From a virus, in the IMG/VR virus record IMGVR_UViG_3300042883_000668, positions 1 to 64,000 of that record: DNA of 64,000 bases. The stretch is one strand, 5' to 3'. Each line of letters starts with the position of its first letter. The first letter of the stretch is position 1. Position numbers and translations under genes: made by a program. The notes beneath the pieces were generated by a model, which saw only the letters and a program-made list of their open reading frames with translations, was not told where the DNA came from and made no database searches. Below are positions 28,630 to 38,092 of this stretch, piece by piece.

Positions 28630-28952
28630 AATTATTTCGTGATAGTTTTTATTCTACACAGTTTAAGTATTCTGTAAAAATACTCCTTTGAGGTTAGTTG
28701 GTTAAACCTTTATTTAAAATATTAGTTAAGTGTTAGATTAATGTTTGTAGGTAGTCATGTACCTTTTGTGCATTAATCTTTCACTTAATTAAATTACTTA
28801 TAAGTTGTCCTTTAACTAGGCACGATAATATCTGAGAAAGCCAACGCATTTAAAGTTGTGATATTATTAAGCATGAAACTTACAATCAGGTGAAAAGCCT
28901 GTTCTTTTAAAATAATTAACAATTAATATAAACAATTAAAAACTAAAATTAT

Positions 28953-29438
28953 ATGAAAACTCAAATGACAGAATCAGTGAAAATCAAATTATTAGTAACA
29001 GGGTTATTAATAGTTTTAATGACAGCATGTGCAATAGCACAAACAGCAGGTTTTGATACTAACAAATTAAAATCTAAAAGAGAATTAAAATCATTAGATA
29101 GAGAAAAAGTTAAATTAGATTTATCAGTTAAGATTAACAACAAATGTGTACAAGATACATCATATGTATTAACAGTATATAATTTTGATACAGAAGAATT
29201 TGTAAAAACTTATGTAACTGATAATTTTGTATTATATTTGGACTACGACAATCAATTTGAAATATCTGTATCTTACAAAGGAACAAATATTAAAGTTATT
29301 ACAATTGACACTGAAGCACCATATGATAATTGGTATATTATGGCAGATGTTAATTTAAATACAAATAATAACAAAAGAATAATTGCAGGTGGTATCAAGT
29401 TTGATAAAAACTTGCAAACATTTAGAAAATACAAATAA
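28953..29438 (+). CDS. Putative exported protein
   Basis: Signal peptide-like KLLVTGLLIVLMTACAIAQ; beta-rich mature part. Confidence 0.55.
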   Translation: MKTQMTESVKIKLLVTGLLIVLMTACAIAQTAGFDTNKLKSKRELKSLDREKVKLDLSVKINNKCVQDTSYVLTVYNFDTEEFVKTYVTDNFVLYLDYDNQFEISVSYKGTNIKVITIDTEAPYDNWYIMADVNLNTNNNKRIIAGGIKFDKNLQTFRKYK

Positions 29439-29493
29439 CAATTAAACTCTTACTTGTGAAATATCTTGTAAGAGTTTATTTAAAACTTTAATT

Positions 29494-29679
29494 ATGACAG
29501 CAAAATTAAAAGCAAAAGAATTAGTAAATAAGTTTTATAAAAAAGGAAAATATATGGAACATTCTATATTATGTGCTTTAATATTAGTTGATAAAATATT
29601 ACAAGTTATAAAACAAAATTCTTTAAATTTAAATAAAAAATATTGGAAAGAAGTTAGACAAGAAATAATTAAATTATAA
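29494..29679 (+). CDS. Hypothetical protein
   Basis: 61 aa; KAKELV..F...YWKEV.QEI small phage family pattern. Confidence 0.6.
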   Translation: MTAKLKAKELVNKFYKKGKYMEHSILCALILVDKILQVIKQNSLNLNKKYWKEVRQEIIKL

Positions 29680-29699
29680 ATTAATTAACAAATAATAAC

Positions 29700-29948
29700 A
29701 TGAAAAGCAAAGAAGAAATAGAGCAGTTAGCTAAAATAATAGTACCTACACCAATGGAAGGAACTTCTTATATAAATGTAAGAAATGGTTTTATTCAAGG
29801 TTACAACCAATGCCAAGAAGATAACAAGGATAAGAAATACACAAAGGAAGATTTAGAAAATGCTTTTAATAGTGGTAGAGGGTATGGTGTACCTGATAAT
29901 ATAAAAGATTTTAACTCATTTATCAACTCACTAAACAAACAAGACTAA
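29700..29948 (+). CDS. Hypothetical protein
   Basis: 82 aa; GFIQGY..CQ...KKYTKED. Confidence 0.6.
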   Translation: MKSKEEIEQLAKIIVPTPMEGTSYINVRNGFIQGYNQCQEDNKDKKYTKEDLENAFNSGRGYGVPDNIKDFNSFINSLNKQD

Positions 29949-30088
29949 TATGAGAAAGATAATGTACTATGCCTGGATAGGCTTTTGGATAACACTTGGA
30001 TTACCTATAGTTCTAGTTCTCTTATTAGGACTATGGGTACAAGATAAGTATCATAAATTAACCTGTAAAATCTGTAAAAAATAAGACT

Positions 30089-30337
30089 ATGAGTAAAGAA
30101 GAACTTAAACAAGAAACACTTAAAGAATTTATTAAAAAATCATATTTAAGCAGATTAGAAGATTGTTTAAAAGTAGATTTTGAAGATGGTGTAAAATTAG
30201 GTGCTAAATGGCAACAAGATAATTCTGACAATAAATATTCAGAACAAGATGTACAAAATATATTAGATGGGTTTACTAACGAAGCTCCGGGAGAATATAT
30301 TAAAACTAATTTTATTGGGTTATTAAATAAAGAATAA
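30089..30337 (+). CDS. Hypothetical protein
   Basis: 82 aa; KQETL..GAKWQQ..KYSEQD. Confidence 0.6.
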   Translation: MSKEELKQETLKEFIKKSYLSRLEDCLKVDFEDGVKLGAKWQQDNSDNKYSEQDVQNILDGFTNEAPGEYIKTNFIGLLNKE

Positions 30338-30654
30338 TATAAACTAAAAACAAATAATATATGCAAGAATCAAAATTTAAAAAGCTAGAAATTCTTTTTT
30401 GTTGGGGAGAATTTTATTCAAATGGTAAAAATTTAGAAGTACCAACTAATCCTGATAAAGTTAAATTTAATCAGATTCAAAGACAAATTAATGAGTTAAA
30501 ACAACAAATAATAGATTAATTATGGGAATAATAGTAGAGAAAATAAATATTGATAGATCAGTGTTTAAAAAAACTAAAGAAGAGAAAGCTAAACTTAAAG
30601 AGTTAAAAAGACTTTACAAATTAAGTGTTAAAAACTTTACAAATTAGTAATAAT

Positions 30655-30978
30655 ATGGATGATTCAGGAGAAATTTTTAAATTTAATAATTTAACAGATT
30701 ATGAAAAATTGTTATTTGCTAATTCTCAAATTAAAGAATTAAAGCAAGAGTTAAAAGAATCTAATTATAAATTAGGAGAATTACAATCTGAATTTGATTA
30801 TTATCTAAATTTAAATATAGATAAAGCTAGTATGCATAGTCATAAACAAGAATTAAAAAATTGTGTTAATAAAATTAATCATTATAAAGCAAAAATTAAA
30901 AATTTTGATGATGATTCTTGGAAAACAAAATACAATAATTTATTTTTAGATTATATTAAATTAAAAAACAATTTATAA
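30655..30978 (+). CDS. Coiled-coil hypothetical protein
   Basis: ORF track; likely ATG start MDDSG. Confidence 0.5.
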   Translation: MDDSGEIFKFNNLTDYEKLLFANSQIKELKQELKESNYKLGELQSEFDYYLNLNIDKASMHSHKQELKNCVNKINHYKAKIKNFDDDSWKTKYNNLFLDYIKLKNNL

Positions 30979-31292
30979 TGAATGTACCTTGTTTATGTAT
31001 AAATGATAAAAATAAACCTAATGAAATATTACCTGAAAACTGGATTATTGAAGGAACAAAATATACAATAAATTATGTATATTACCATGTTAATCAAGGA
31101 ATTCAAGGTGTTACTTTAAATGAAGTACAAACTAAATCATTAGAATATACAAGTTATAGATTAGATAGATTTGCTTTTACTCAAGATGGTTTAAATCAAT
31201 TAATAGAACTAATGAAAGAATGTACTGAATTAGGTAAGATTGACATTATGGAATTAATTGAAGAAAGTAATTTAAAACTAATAGAAAATTAA
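30978..31292 (+). CDS. Hypothetical protein
   Basis: 104 aa coupled ORF. Confidence 0.55.
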   Translation: MNVPCLCINDKNKPNEILPENWIIEGTKYTINYVYYHVNQGIQGVTLNEVQTKSLEYTSYRLDRFAFTQDGLNQLIELMKECTELGKIDIMELIEESNLKLIEN

Positions 31293-31467
31293 AATATTCT
31301 GCTGGTGGGGTAAGCAGGACAACAGAATGTCCCATTCATACTATTAGTAGTATGTTGTAAAAGTTGTACTCAGTGTACCCAGAGAATAAATGGGTGCTAT
31401 TGGTTTCTGAAGAACAGGAAACACGGTTAACTGCAAGTTAAGTTATGACTGATGGAAAGACATCAAA

Positions 31468-31538
31468 TAGTCATATAGCTTAATGTAAAGCCCTAATTTG
31501 GATTAGGAAGATGCATGGTTCAAATCCTGCTGTGACTA
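31468..31538 (+). tRNA. tRNA-like element with 6-nt anticodon loop (Pro-TGG or Gln-TTG derived?)
   Basis: Acceptor TAGTCATA/TGTGACTA, D-stem GCTT/AAGC, AC stem CCTAA/TTAGG with loop TTTGGA, T-arm GCA(T)GG-TTCAAAT-CCTGC. Confidence 0.6.
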
Positions 31539-31647
31539 CAATTAAACAAAATAAGTTCTGTGAATATAGGTACAGAATAATTTAGATCCTCATTATTGAA
31601 TAATGTGTATAAGCTTAGAGTGTTTAATTATCTCTAGACGTCAGAGT

Positions 31648-31678
31648 AAACCACTTAGGAAAATCCTAGGTGGTTTTT
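31648..31678 (+). terminator. Rho-independent terminator-like hairpin
   Basis: AAACCACTTAGG-aaaat-CCTAGGTGGTTTTT. Confidence 0.65.
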
Positions 31679-31711
31679 AATTTAAAAAACAATCACTAAA
31701 ACAAAGAAATT

Positions 31712-32221
31712 ATGAACAGACTATTAGAAAAAAAAATTATTGAATATGAAGATATATACGAAATTAATAATTTAGGTATAATTAAAAACAAAATTACAAA
31801 TAAAATTTTAAAATATAAATTACATAATAAAGGTTATTTTAGTATAAATTTATATAAAAACAAAATTTCCAAAACTTATTTAGTTCATAGATTAATTGCT
31901 ATTCATTTTATACCAAATCCTAATAATTATCCATGTGTTAATCATATTGATGGAAATAAATTAAATAATAACTTAGAAAATTTGGAATGGTGTAGTTATA
32001 AAGAAAATAATCAACATGCTTATAATACAGGATTAAAAAAAATGTCAGATTATAATAAAGCAATTTTATCTAAAAAAGTAATAGATAATAATACAAAAGT
32101 TATTTACAATTCAATAAAAGAAGTAGCTGATTTATATAATATCAATTATGTAACTTTATGTTTTAAATTAAACGGTAGTTCAAAAAATAATACAAATTTT
32201 AAACTTTATACAAATGAATAA
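31712..32221 (+). CDS. NUMOD4-HNH homing endonuclease
   Basis: VHRLIAIHFIPNP..VNHIDGNKLNNNLENLEWC; 169 aa paralogue of 28120..28629. Confidence 0.9.
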   Translation: MNRLLEKKIIEYEDIYEINNLGIIKNKITNKILKYKLHNKGYFSINLYKNKISKTYLVHRLIAIHFIPNPNNYPCVNHIDGNKLNNNLENLEWCSYKENNQHAYNTGLKKMSDYNKAILSKKVIDNNTKVIYNSIKEVADLYNINYVTLCFKLNGSSKNNTNFKLYTNE

Positions 32222-32534
32222 TTTATTAAATAATTATTATAAAATGTTATATTTTATAAAAGGAAAACCTTCCAGATTAGAAAAACTAAGTAATTGGGAA
32301 TTAAATGGTATATTGTTACACATTAACAAATATCCTCAAGGATTGCTTAATGGTTATGATAAATCAGAATACATTAATGCTGTAAAATACATCATTAAAT
32401 GTAGAGCCAATGTTAAAAATCATAAAGAAGTAATGATTGAAACTAGATTAGCTAACAAAGCATTAACTAATGCTGAAACACTATCTAATGAATTATTAAA
32501 CATGATGATTAAAACAGAAAAACAATATGAATAA
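32214..32534 (+). CDS. Hypothetical protein
   Basis: 106 aa ORF. Confidence 0.5.
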   Translation: MNNLLNNYYKMLYFIKGKPSRLEKLSNWELNGILLHINKYPQGLLNGYDKSEYINAVKYIIKCRANVKNHKEVMIETRLANKALTNAETLSNELLNMMIKTEKQYE

Positions 32535-32991
32535 ATTAGCATTTGTAAAAGCATTGTGGTCACCATTTAAACCATTTAAATTAAAATGGTATTGTGGTAA
32601 AATTGCAATAGGTACACCTTATTTTTATCCAAGAAGATGGAAAAATAATATGCCAATACCTAAAAAAATAGGATTTGATTTTGTAGAATTAGGATGGAAA
32701 ACTAAATGGAGTAATACTGATTATAGGTTTGAATGGTATCCACTAATATCATTTGTATTCTTTGGTTATCAAATAGCTGTAATTATAAATGCTCCACATA
32801 GTAGTAATTATTGGGAATCTTGGTTGTATTATGAAAGAAATACTGATAAAACTAAATCTAAAAAAGAAAGAATTGAACAATGTAAATTAGAATTTTCTCA
32901 AAAATATACTTCACATTATTCAGATGGTAAAAAAGAAATAATAGATTATTATAAATTAATATTAAAAAAGAAATATTTATGGACACAATAA
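32527..32991 (+). CDS. Hypothetical protein (aromatic-rich)
   Basis: 154 aa ORF. Confidence 0.55.
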   Translation: MNKLAFVKALWSPFKPFKLKWYCGKIAIGTPYFYPRRWKNNMPIPKKIGFDFVELGWKTKWSNTDYRFEWYPLISFVFFGYQIAVIINAPHSSNYWESWLYYERNTDKTKSKKERIEQCKLEFSQKYTSHYSDGKKEIIDYYKLILKKKYLWTQ

Positions 32992-33069
32992 TTTTATTAC
33001 AAACAAAATGGTGGGATTCATTTAACTATGAATTGTATAAAAAGTATTTAGAAACTAAAATTAAATAAT

Positions 33070-33294
33070 ATGCAAAACAAAAGACAATCTTTGTCAAATG
33101 CTATTAGACAGCATGCTAAATTACATGCTAAGTATAAAGAATATTCTTTAAAAACTATTGAAGAATTAGAAGAAATGCTACCTATATTAGGTGGTGGTTA
33201 CAAAGAAGTTTGTCTTTCAGTAATGAAAGAGAAATTTATAGAAAATTTAAAAGATAAACAAACTGAAGAATTACCTGAAGGAGGTGTAGAATGA
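33070..33294 (+). CDS. Hypothetical protein
   Basis: 74 aa ORF. Confidence 0.5.
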   Translation: MQNKRQSLSNAIRQHAKLHAKYKEYSLKTIEELEEMLPILGGGYKEVCLSVMKEKFIENLKDKQTEELPEGGVE

Positions 33295-33503
33295 TAAATA
33301 AAGATAAAGTATTAGAGATTATATCTAAAGGAAGTCCCGGAGAATTAGAACAAATACAAGTTATTGTTAAATATATCTTTGATAAAACTAAACAAGATAT
33401 ATCTGATAGACCAATTAATCCTCCTCAAGATCAAGGCATGTTCTTTTTAATGATGCACATGTATCAAACAGCTAAACAATATTATCAAACTGATGGAAGG
33501 TAA
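33291..33503 (+). CDS. Hypothetical protein
   Basis: 70 aa ORF overlapping polB start. Confidence 0.5.
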   Translation: MINKDKVLEIISKGSPGELEQIQVIVKYIFDKTKQDISDRPINPPQDQGMFFLMMHMYQTAKQYYQTDGR

Positions 33504-35325
33504 ATGGCAAAAAGTAATTTATGATGTTGAAGTTTATTCAAACTGTTTTCTTTGTGCTATTCAAGATGTGGATAGTAAAGAGAAAATAGTTTGGGAAATT
33601 TCAGATAGAATAAATGAATATGATAATGTTGTAGAATTTTTTAATAAGTTCAATCAATATCTTATTTCATTTAATGGAATACATTATGATAACTGTATAA
33701 TGTTGTATATTATCCACAATAAGTTAGATAATGTGGATAATTATCTACAAAAGCTTAAAGCATGGTCAGATTATATAATTAACAATGATTTTTGGTGGAA
33801 TGACAAAGAATTAAGTAAATACAAATATCATAATAAATGGATAGACATAGATTTATTCTTATATTGGAGTAAAATGCTTAGATTAAGTAAAAAGTTAAGC
33901 TTAAAAGGTCTTGCTATTCAACTTAATTACCCTGTAGTACAGGAATTACCATTTGATCCTGCAATGAGCTTAAATCATGCTCAAATTGATGAATTAAGGC
34001 ACTATAATAGTGTACATGATTTAGGTATAACTGAATTACTATATAATTCAATGTTATCTGATGTCAAGTTAAGGCAATATATCAATGAAACATATAACTT
34101 AAAATGTTATAGTTGGGATGCACCTAAAATGGCATCTGAATTATTGTTACAAGAATATTGTAAGATAACTAAAAAAGATCCAAAATATGTTAAATCACTT
34201 AAGTTTGAACATACTCACAAATTAGAATTACCTGAGATTAATTTTAAAATGGAATGTTTTAGAGATTTATATAATGAAATGTCAGATTCTTTAAATGAAT
34301 TTAGCAAAGAAATTATTATAATTAAAAACAATACTACATTAAAATTAACTTATGGTAAAGGTGGTTTACATTCAGTTAACAAGAATGAATCTTATTTTGA
34401 AGATGATGATAATTGTATAGTAACAAGTGACATAGCTAGTTTATATCCAAATCTTATTATTAATTATAATCTTTTAAGACAACCTGAAGTATTAACTTTA
34501 TATACTAATGTTAAATCTGATAGAATTAATGCTAAAAAAAATGGTGATAAATCTAAAGATGCTTTGTTAAAGTTAATTCTTAATTCAACTTCAGGTATGA
34601 TTGACAATCAATATTCTTGGTTATATTATCCAGAAGGTGCAATGAAGCTTAGATTAATGGGTCAACTAATTCTTACTATGACAATAGAAAGATTGGTATT
34701 AGCTGATTATCAAGTAATTAGTGCAAATACAGATGGTATAGAAGTTATTGTTCCTAAAGATAAAGTATTAGAATATAAAGCAATTGTTGATCAAGTTGGT
34801 AAAGAATTTAACTTAGAGTTTGAGCATGATACTTATCAAAAGATTATCTACATGAATGTAAATAATTATTTAGCTGAAGGATCTAAACTTAAACAAAAAG
34901 GATTATTTGTTGAGAAACCTGAATTAGGTAATAGTGTAGATTATCTTATTATACCTAAAGCATTAAAAGCTTATTACATAGATAATGTACCTGTTAAACA
35001 ATTTGTTGAATTACATACAAATATATTTGACTTTTGTTGTTCACAAAAAGTAGACAAGTCTTATCATGTTGAATGGACTTCACCTAATTTTATTAAATCT
35101 AAACAACAAAGATTAAATAGGTTTTATGCATCAACTAAAGGTGGATACATTTACAAATGTAGACATGGTAAATCTAATCATTTATTAAAAGATTCAGGTG
35201 TAATGATTTACAACAATCATAATCCAGATGTATTTCCTACAGATATTAATTACAAATTTTATATATCTCAAATTAACAAAATAATTAAAGATATAAGTAA
35301 TAAAAATCAACTTAATTTATTTTAA
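33493..35325 (+). CDS. polB: Family B DNA polymerase
   Basis: Exo motifs YDVE, FNGIHYD, YNSVHD; polymerase motifs DIASLYPN, KLILNSTSG, ANTDG. Confidence 0.92.
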   Translation: MEGKWQKVIYDVEVYSNCFLCAIQDVDSKEKIVWEISDRINEYDNVVEFFNKFNQYLISFNGIHYDNCIMLYIIHNKLDNVDNYLQKLKAWSDYIINNDFWWNDKELSKYKYHNKWIDIDLFLYWSKMLRLSKKLSLKGLAIQLNYPVVQELPFDPAMSLNHAQIDELRHYNSVHDLGITELLYNSMLSDVKLRQYINETYNLKCYSWDAPKMASELLLQEYCKITKKDPKYVKSLKFEHTHKLELPEINFKMECFRDLYNEMSDSLNEFSKEIIIIKNNTTLKLTYGKGGLHSVNKNESYFEDDDNCIVTSDIASLYPNLIINYNLLRQPEVLTLYTNVKSDRINAKKNGDKSKDALLKLILNSTSGMIDNQYSWLYYPEGAMKLRLMGQLILTMTIERLVLADYQVISANTDGIEVIVPKDKVLEYKAIVDQVGKEFNLEFEHDTYQKIIYMNVNNYLAEGSKLKQKGLFVEKPELGNSVDYLIIPKALKAYYIDNVPVKQFVELHTNIFDFCCSQKVDKSYHVEWTSPNFIKSKQQRLNRFYASTKGGYIYKCRHGKSNHLLKDSGVMIYNNHNPDVFPTDINYKFYISQINKIIKDISNKNQLNLF

Positions 35326-35326
35326 T

Positions 35327-35773
35327 ATGGAAATAAGAGTTGGAATAGAATATTTATCTAAATCAGGTAAAAGTGGTTGTGTATTTGAAGTTGAAAAAGG
35401 AAATATTAAAGTTTATTTTAATGATAATAAATCTGATGTAGGAAGTGATACTATTAAAATTTTTACTAAATATTTTGAAAAAGGAAGTTTTAAATTATTA
35501 CATTATCCTTATAAAGTAGGAGATTGGGTTTATGATATTAATGATGAATATACTAAAAGTCATAATACACCTAAAATTACTCAAATTACTCAAATAAGAG
35601 GAGAAGATAATTATTCAAGATATTATGTTAATAATGAAGATTCTGGAGTAACTGAACAATATTTTCAATTAGAATACAGACCTTGTTTTGATTATGAAAT
35701 ACCTGGTCAAAAGATTAAAAAAGAAAGTATGACTTATTTAATAAAATTTTTAAAAAAAAGAGGAATAATATAA
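35327..35773 (+). CDS. Hypothetical protein
   Basis: 148 aa ORF. Confidence 0.55.
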   Translation: MEIRVGIEYLSKSGKSGCVFEVEKGNIKVYFNDNKSDVGSDTIKIFTKYFEKGSFKLLHYPYKVGDWVYDINDEYTKSHNTPKITQITQIRGEDNYSRYYVNNEDSGVTEQYFQLEYRPCFDYEIPGQKIKKESMTYLIKFLKKRGII

Positions 35774-35782
35774 ACAATAAAT

Positions 35783-36574
35783 ATGGAAAAACAAATGCTT
35801 GATGTCCTAAATAAAACCTATGAAAATAGGATATTAAGGAAAAAAACTGTACCTTTATTCATGTCAAATCCAGGTATAGGTAAGACTACAATCATTAAAA
35901 ATTTTGTAGAAGAAAAAGGTGTTAACATGGTTAAGATAACACTAAGTCAAAGAATGCCTAATGAGGTAGTAGGTATGGTTATGCCTGATGTAAAAAGTGG
36001 TAAATTATTAGTGTATGATAGTTATGAATTAAACTCTTTAAAAGATGGTGATATATTATTTTTTGACGAAGTATTTAATGGTACTCTAAAACAAACTTTA
36101 GATGCTGTATTAAACTTGTTAGAAGATAGAATGTTACCTTCGGGTAAAAAGTTAGCTGATGTAATGATTGTTGCAGCAAGTAATCCTCAAGGATTAATTA
36201 ACTTGACTCCTCAGATTAAAGAAAGATTTATTAAATATGATTTGAAATTTGATTCTGCAGAGTATCAAGTTTTGATGAAAGATAAATATGGTATGCCTAA
36301 TAGTATTTCTTCTCATTTGTGTACATTAATTAATAAAGAGAAATTTGATAGTGCCTCATGGGATTATGTAACTCCTAGAAGTGTTGAGAAAGCAATAAAC
36401 CAAATTGGTTGTGACTTAGAAAGTCCTTATGGAGATTTGTTAATCCCTTATCTTAGTCAGAAAATAATATCTCCTACAGATATTAAATCTATTAATGTAA
36501 GTAAAGGAGATGAAGTTGAATATATAAATTTACTAAAACTAATAATAAAAAATGATAACAAAAATCACAAGTAA
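35783..36574 (+). CDS. MoxR-like AAA+ ATPase
   Basis: SNPGIGKT, LFFDE, IVAASNP, ERF arginine finger, TPRS sensor 2. Confidence 0.85.
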   Translation: MEKQMLDVLNKTYENRILRKKTVPLFMSNPGIGKTTIIKNFVEEKGVNMVKITLSQRMPNEVVGMVMPDVKSGKLLVYDSYELNSLKDGDILFFDEVFNGTLKQTLDAVLNLLEDRMLPSGKKLADVMIVAASNPQGLINLTPQIKERFIKYDLKFDSAEYQVLMKDKYGMPNSISSHLCTLINKEKFDSASWDYVTPRSVEKAINQIGCDLESPYGDLLIPYLSQKIISPTDIKSINVSKGDEVEYINLLKLIIKNDNKNHK

Positions 36575-37487
36575 AAAAATAGAAATACCCCCAATATTTC
36601 TAATTGAAAATGAGGAAGATTTTAAAAATCTACCTAAGGGAATACCATACATCATAGGTACTCAAGCAGAATTAAAGTTTATAACTGTATTCTTAGAATT
36701 CCAAGTATTATACAAATCTTGTTTAAATACAGGTATACCAATTAAATGGTTAGATTGTTTAAGAAAGATTGGATATAATAATGTTAGAGATTATGAACTA
36801 CATTCTGGTGGATTCTATACTGATGGTGGTTCAGGGCAATATGCAATAAACATAGATAATTTTGTTGAAGATCAATATTTTGTTGATTTTGATGAATTAT
36901 CTAAATTAAAAATCTTACCAGTTTGGTTAGAAGATATTAAAGCTAGTATTGAAACTAACATCGTTGATGAAGTTACTTTTGATCCTACAGCATTTAATAA
37001 ACAATTAGGAATAAACATTGGCTATAGTAACATTAAACATAATATGAAGAATCTATTAATACTAGATATTTCATCATCTATGCCTCCATCAGTAGTATTA
37101 ACTATTACTAATTTGGCTAAATTAATGTCTAAGAAATTCTATGCAGATGTAATCTTAACAGGTAGAAGAAGTTATTTAATAGATTATGATGATGTACCTA
37201 ATACTGACATTGTAGGAGCTGTAAAGTCATATGGTGGTGGTAATGAAGGAGATATGTATCTAGAGATTATTAAAGAACACAAAGAATATAACACAGTTAT
37301 TTCTTTTGGTGATAATGATGCTCCTTCATATTATGCTAAGAATGGAGATATATGTAATTTTAAAGTTCAAACTTTATATTCATTACATACTGAAAAAACA
37401 AGTAACAATATTACTGGCTATGCTAGGTGTTTTGAACCTAAAAATACAAACATAGTGAGAAGTTGGATTAATACAATAAACAAATAA
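36552..37487 (+). CDS. VWA-domain protein
   Basis: LLILDISSSM MIDAS motif, GGGN, ISFGD; adjacent to MoxR. Confidence 0.75.
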   Translation: MITKITSKKIEIPPIFLIENEEDFKNLPKGIPYIIGTQAELKFITVFLEFQVLYKSCLNTGIPIKWLDCLRKIGYNNVRDYELHSGGFYTDGGSGQYAINIDNFVEDQYFVDFDELSKLKILPVWLEDIKASIETNIVDEVTFDPTAFNKQLGINIGYSNIKHNMKNLLILDISSSMPPSVVLTITNLAKLMSKKFYADVILTGRRSYLIDYDDVPNTDIVGAVKSYGGGNEGDMYLEIIKEHKEYNTVISFGDNDAPSYYAKNGDICNFKVQTLYSLHTEKTSNNITGYARCFEPKNTNIVRSWINTINK

Positions 37488-37516
37488 ATATAAACCCTAA
37501 AACCCAAAAACAAAAA

Positions 37517-38005
37517 ATGGAATTTTTAACAGCAAAACAGTTAGATTTGAATGCAGCAGGTTACTTAATCAGTAAAGACTCTAAGAAACCAGTAAATCAT
37601 GAAGCTTTTGTTAGACAACAAAAAGCAGCAGAGTATATTGTTAAATTAGCAGAAGCTATTAAAGACAAAAACTTTAAACCAGGTAAAGTAGATAACTTGT
37701 CAGCAATTAAAGCTGAAGTATTAGCAGCTATTAATGATACAGCTAAATCTTATGTAGCTATGCCTGCTAAACCAACTAGTAAAGTACAAGATGAATTAGT
37801 TAAATATGCATTAGATTTTGTTAATTATGAAAGTTCTAAAGTAGAAACTTCAAGAATTAATGAGATTATGAATGAGTATAACAAAATTGATGATGTAGAA
37901 TCAGTTGGTGATTACTTTTCTGAAGGTGTAGTAAAATTAAATGCTATCTATAATATTAAAACTATTTTAGCAGCAGTTAATATTACAGCAGAAAAATTAA
38001 AATAA
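37517..38005 (+). CDS. Hypothetical protein
   Basis: 162 aa helical, Ala-rich. Confidence 0.6.
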   Translation: MEFLTAKQLDLNAAGYLISKDSKKPVNHEAFVRQQKAAEYIVKLAEAIKDKNFKPGKVDNLSAIKAEVLAAINDTAKSYVAMPAKPTSKVQDELVKYALDFVNYESSKVETSRINEIMNEYNKIDDVESVGDYFSEGVVKLNAIYNIKTILAAVNITAEKLK

Positions 38006-38092
38006 TATAATAAATTAGGTATTAATCTGCCGGGACAGGGATTAATTAAATGTGATTAATGACCACAGCCTATTTATTTTAAAACAAACTAA

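Noticed and set aside
19845-35325. Inteins in TerL or PolB
   Set aside because: Lengths are ordinary and no intein N-/C-terminal splice motifs or embedded LAGLIDADG blocks were seen
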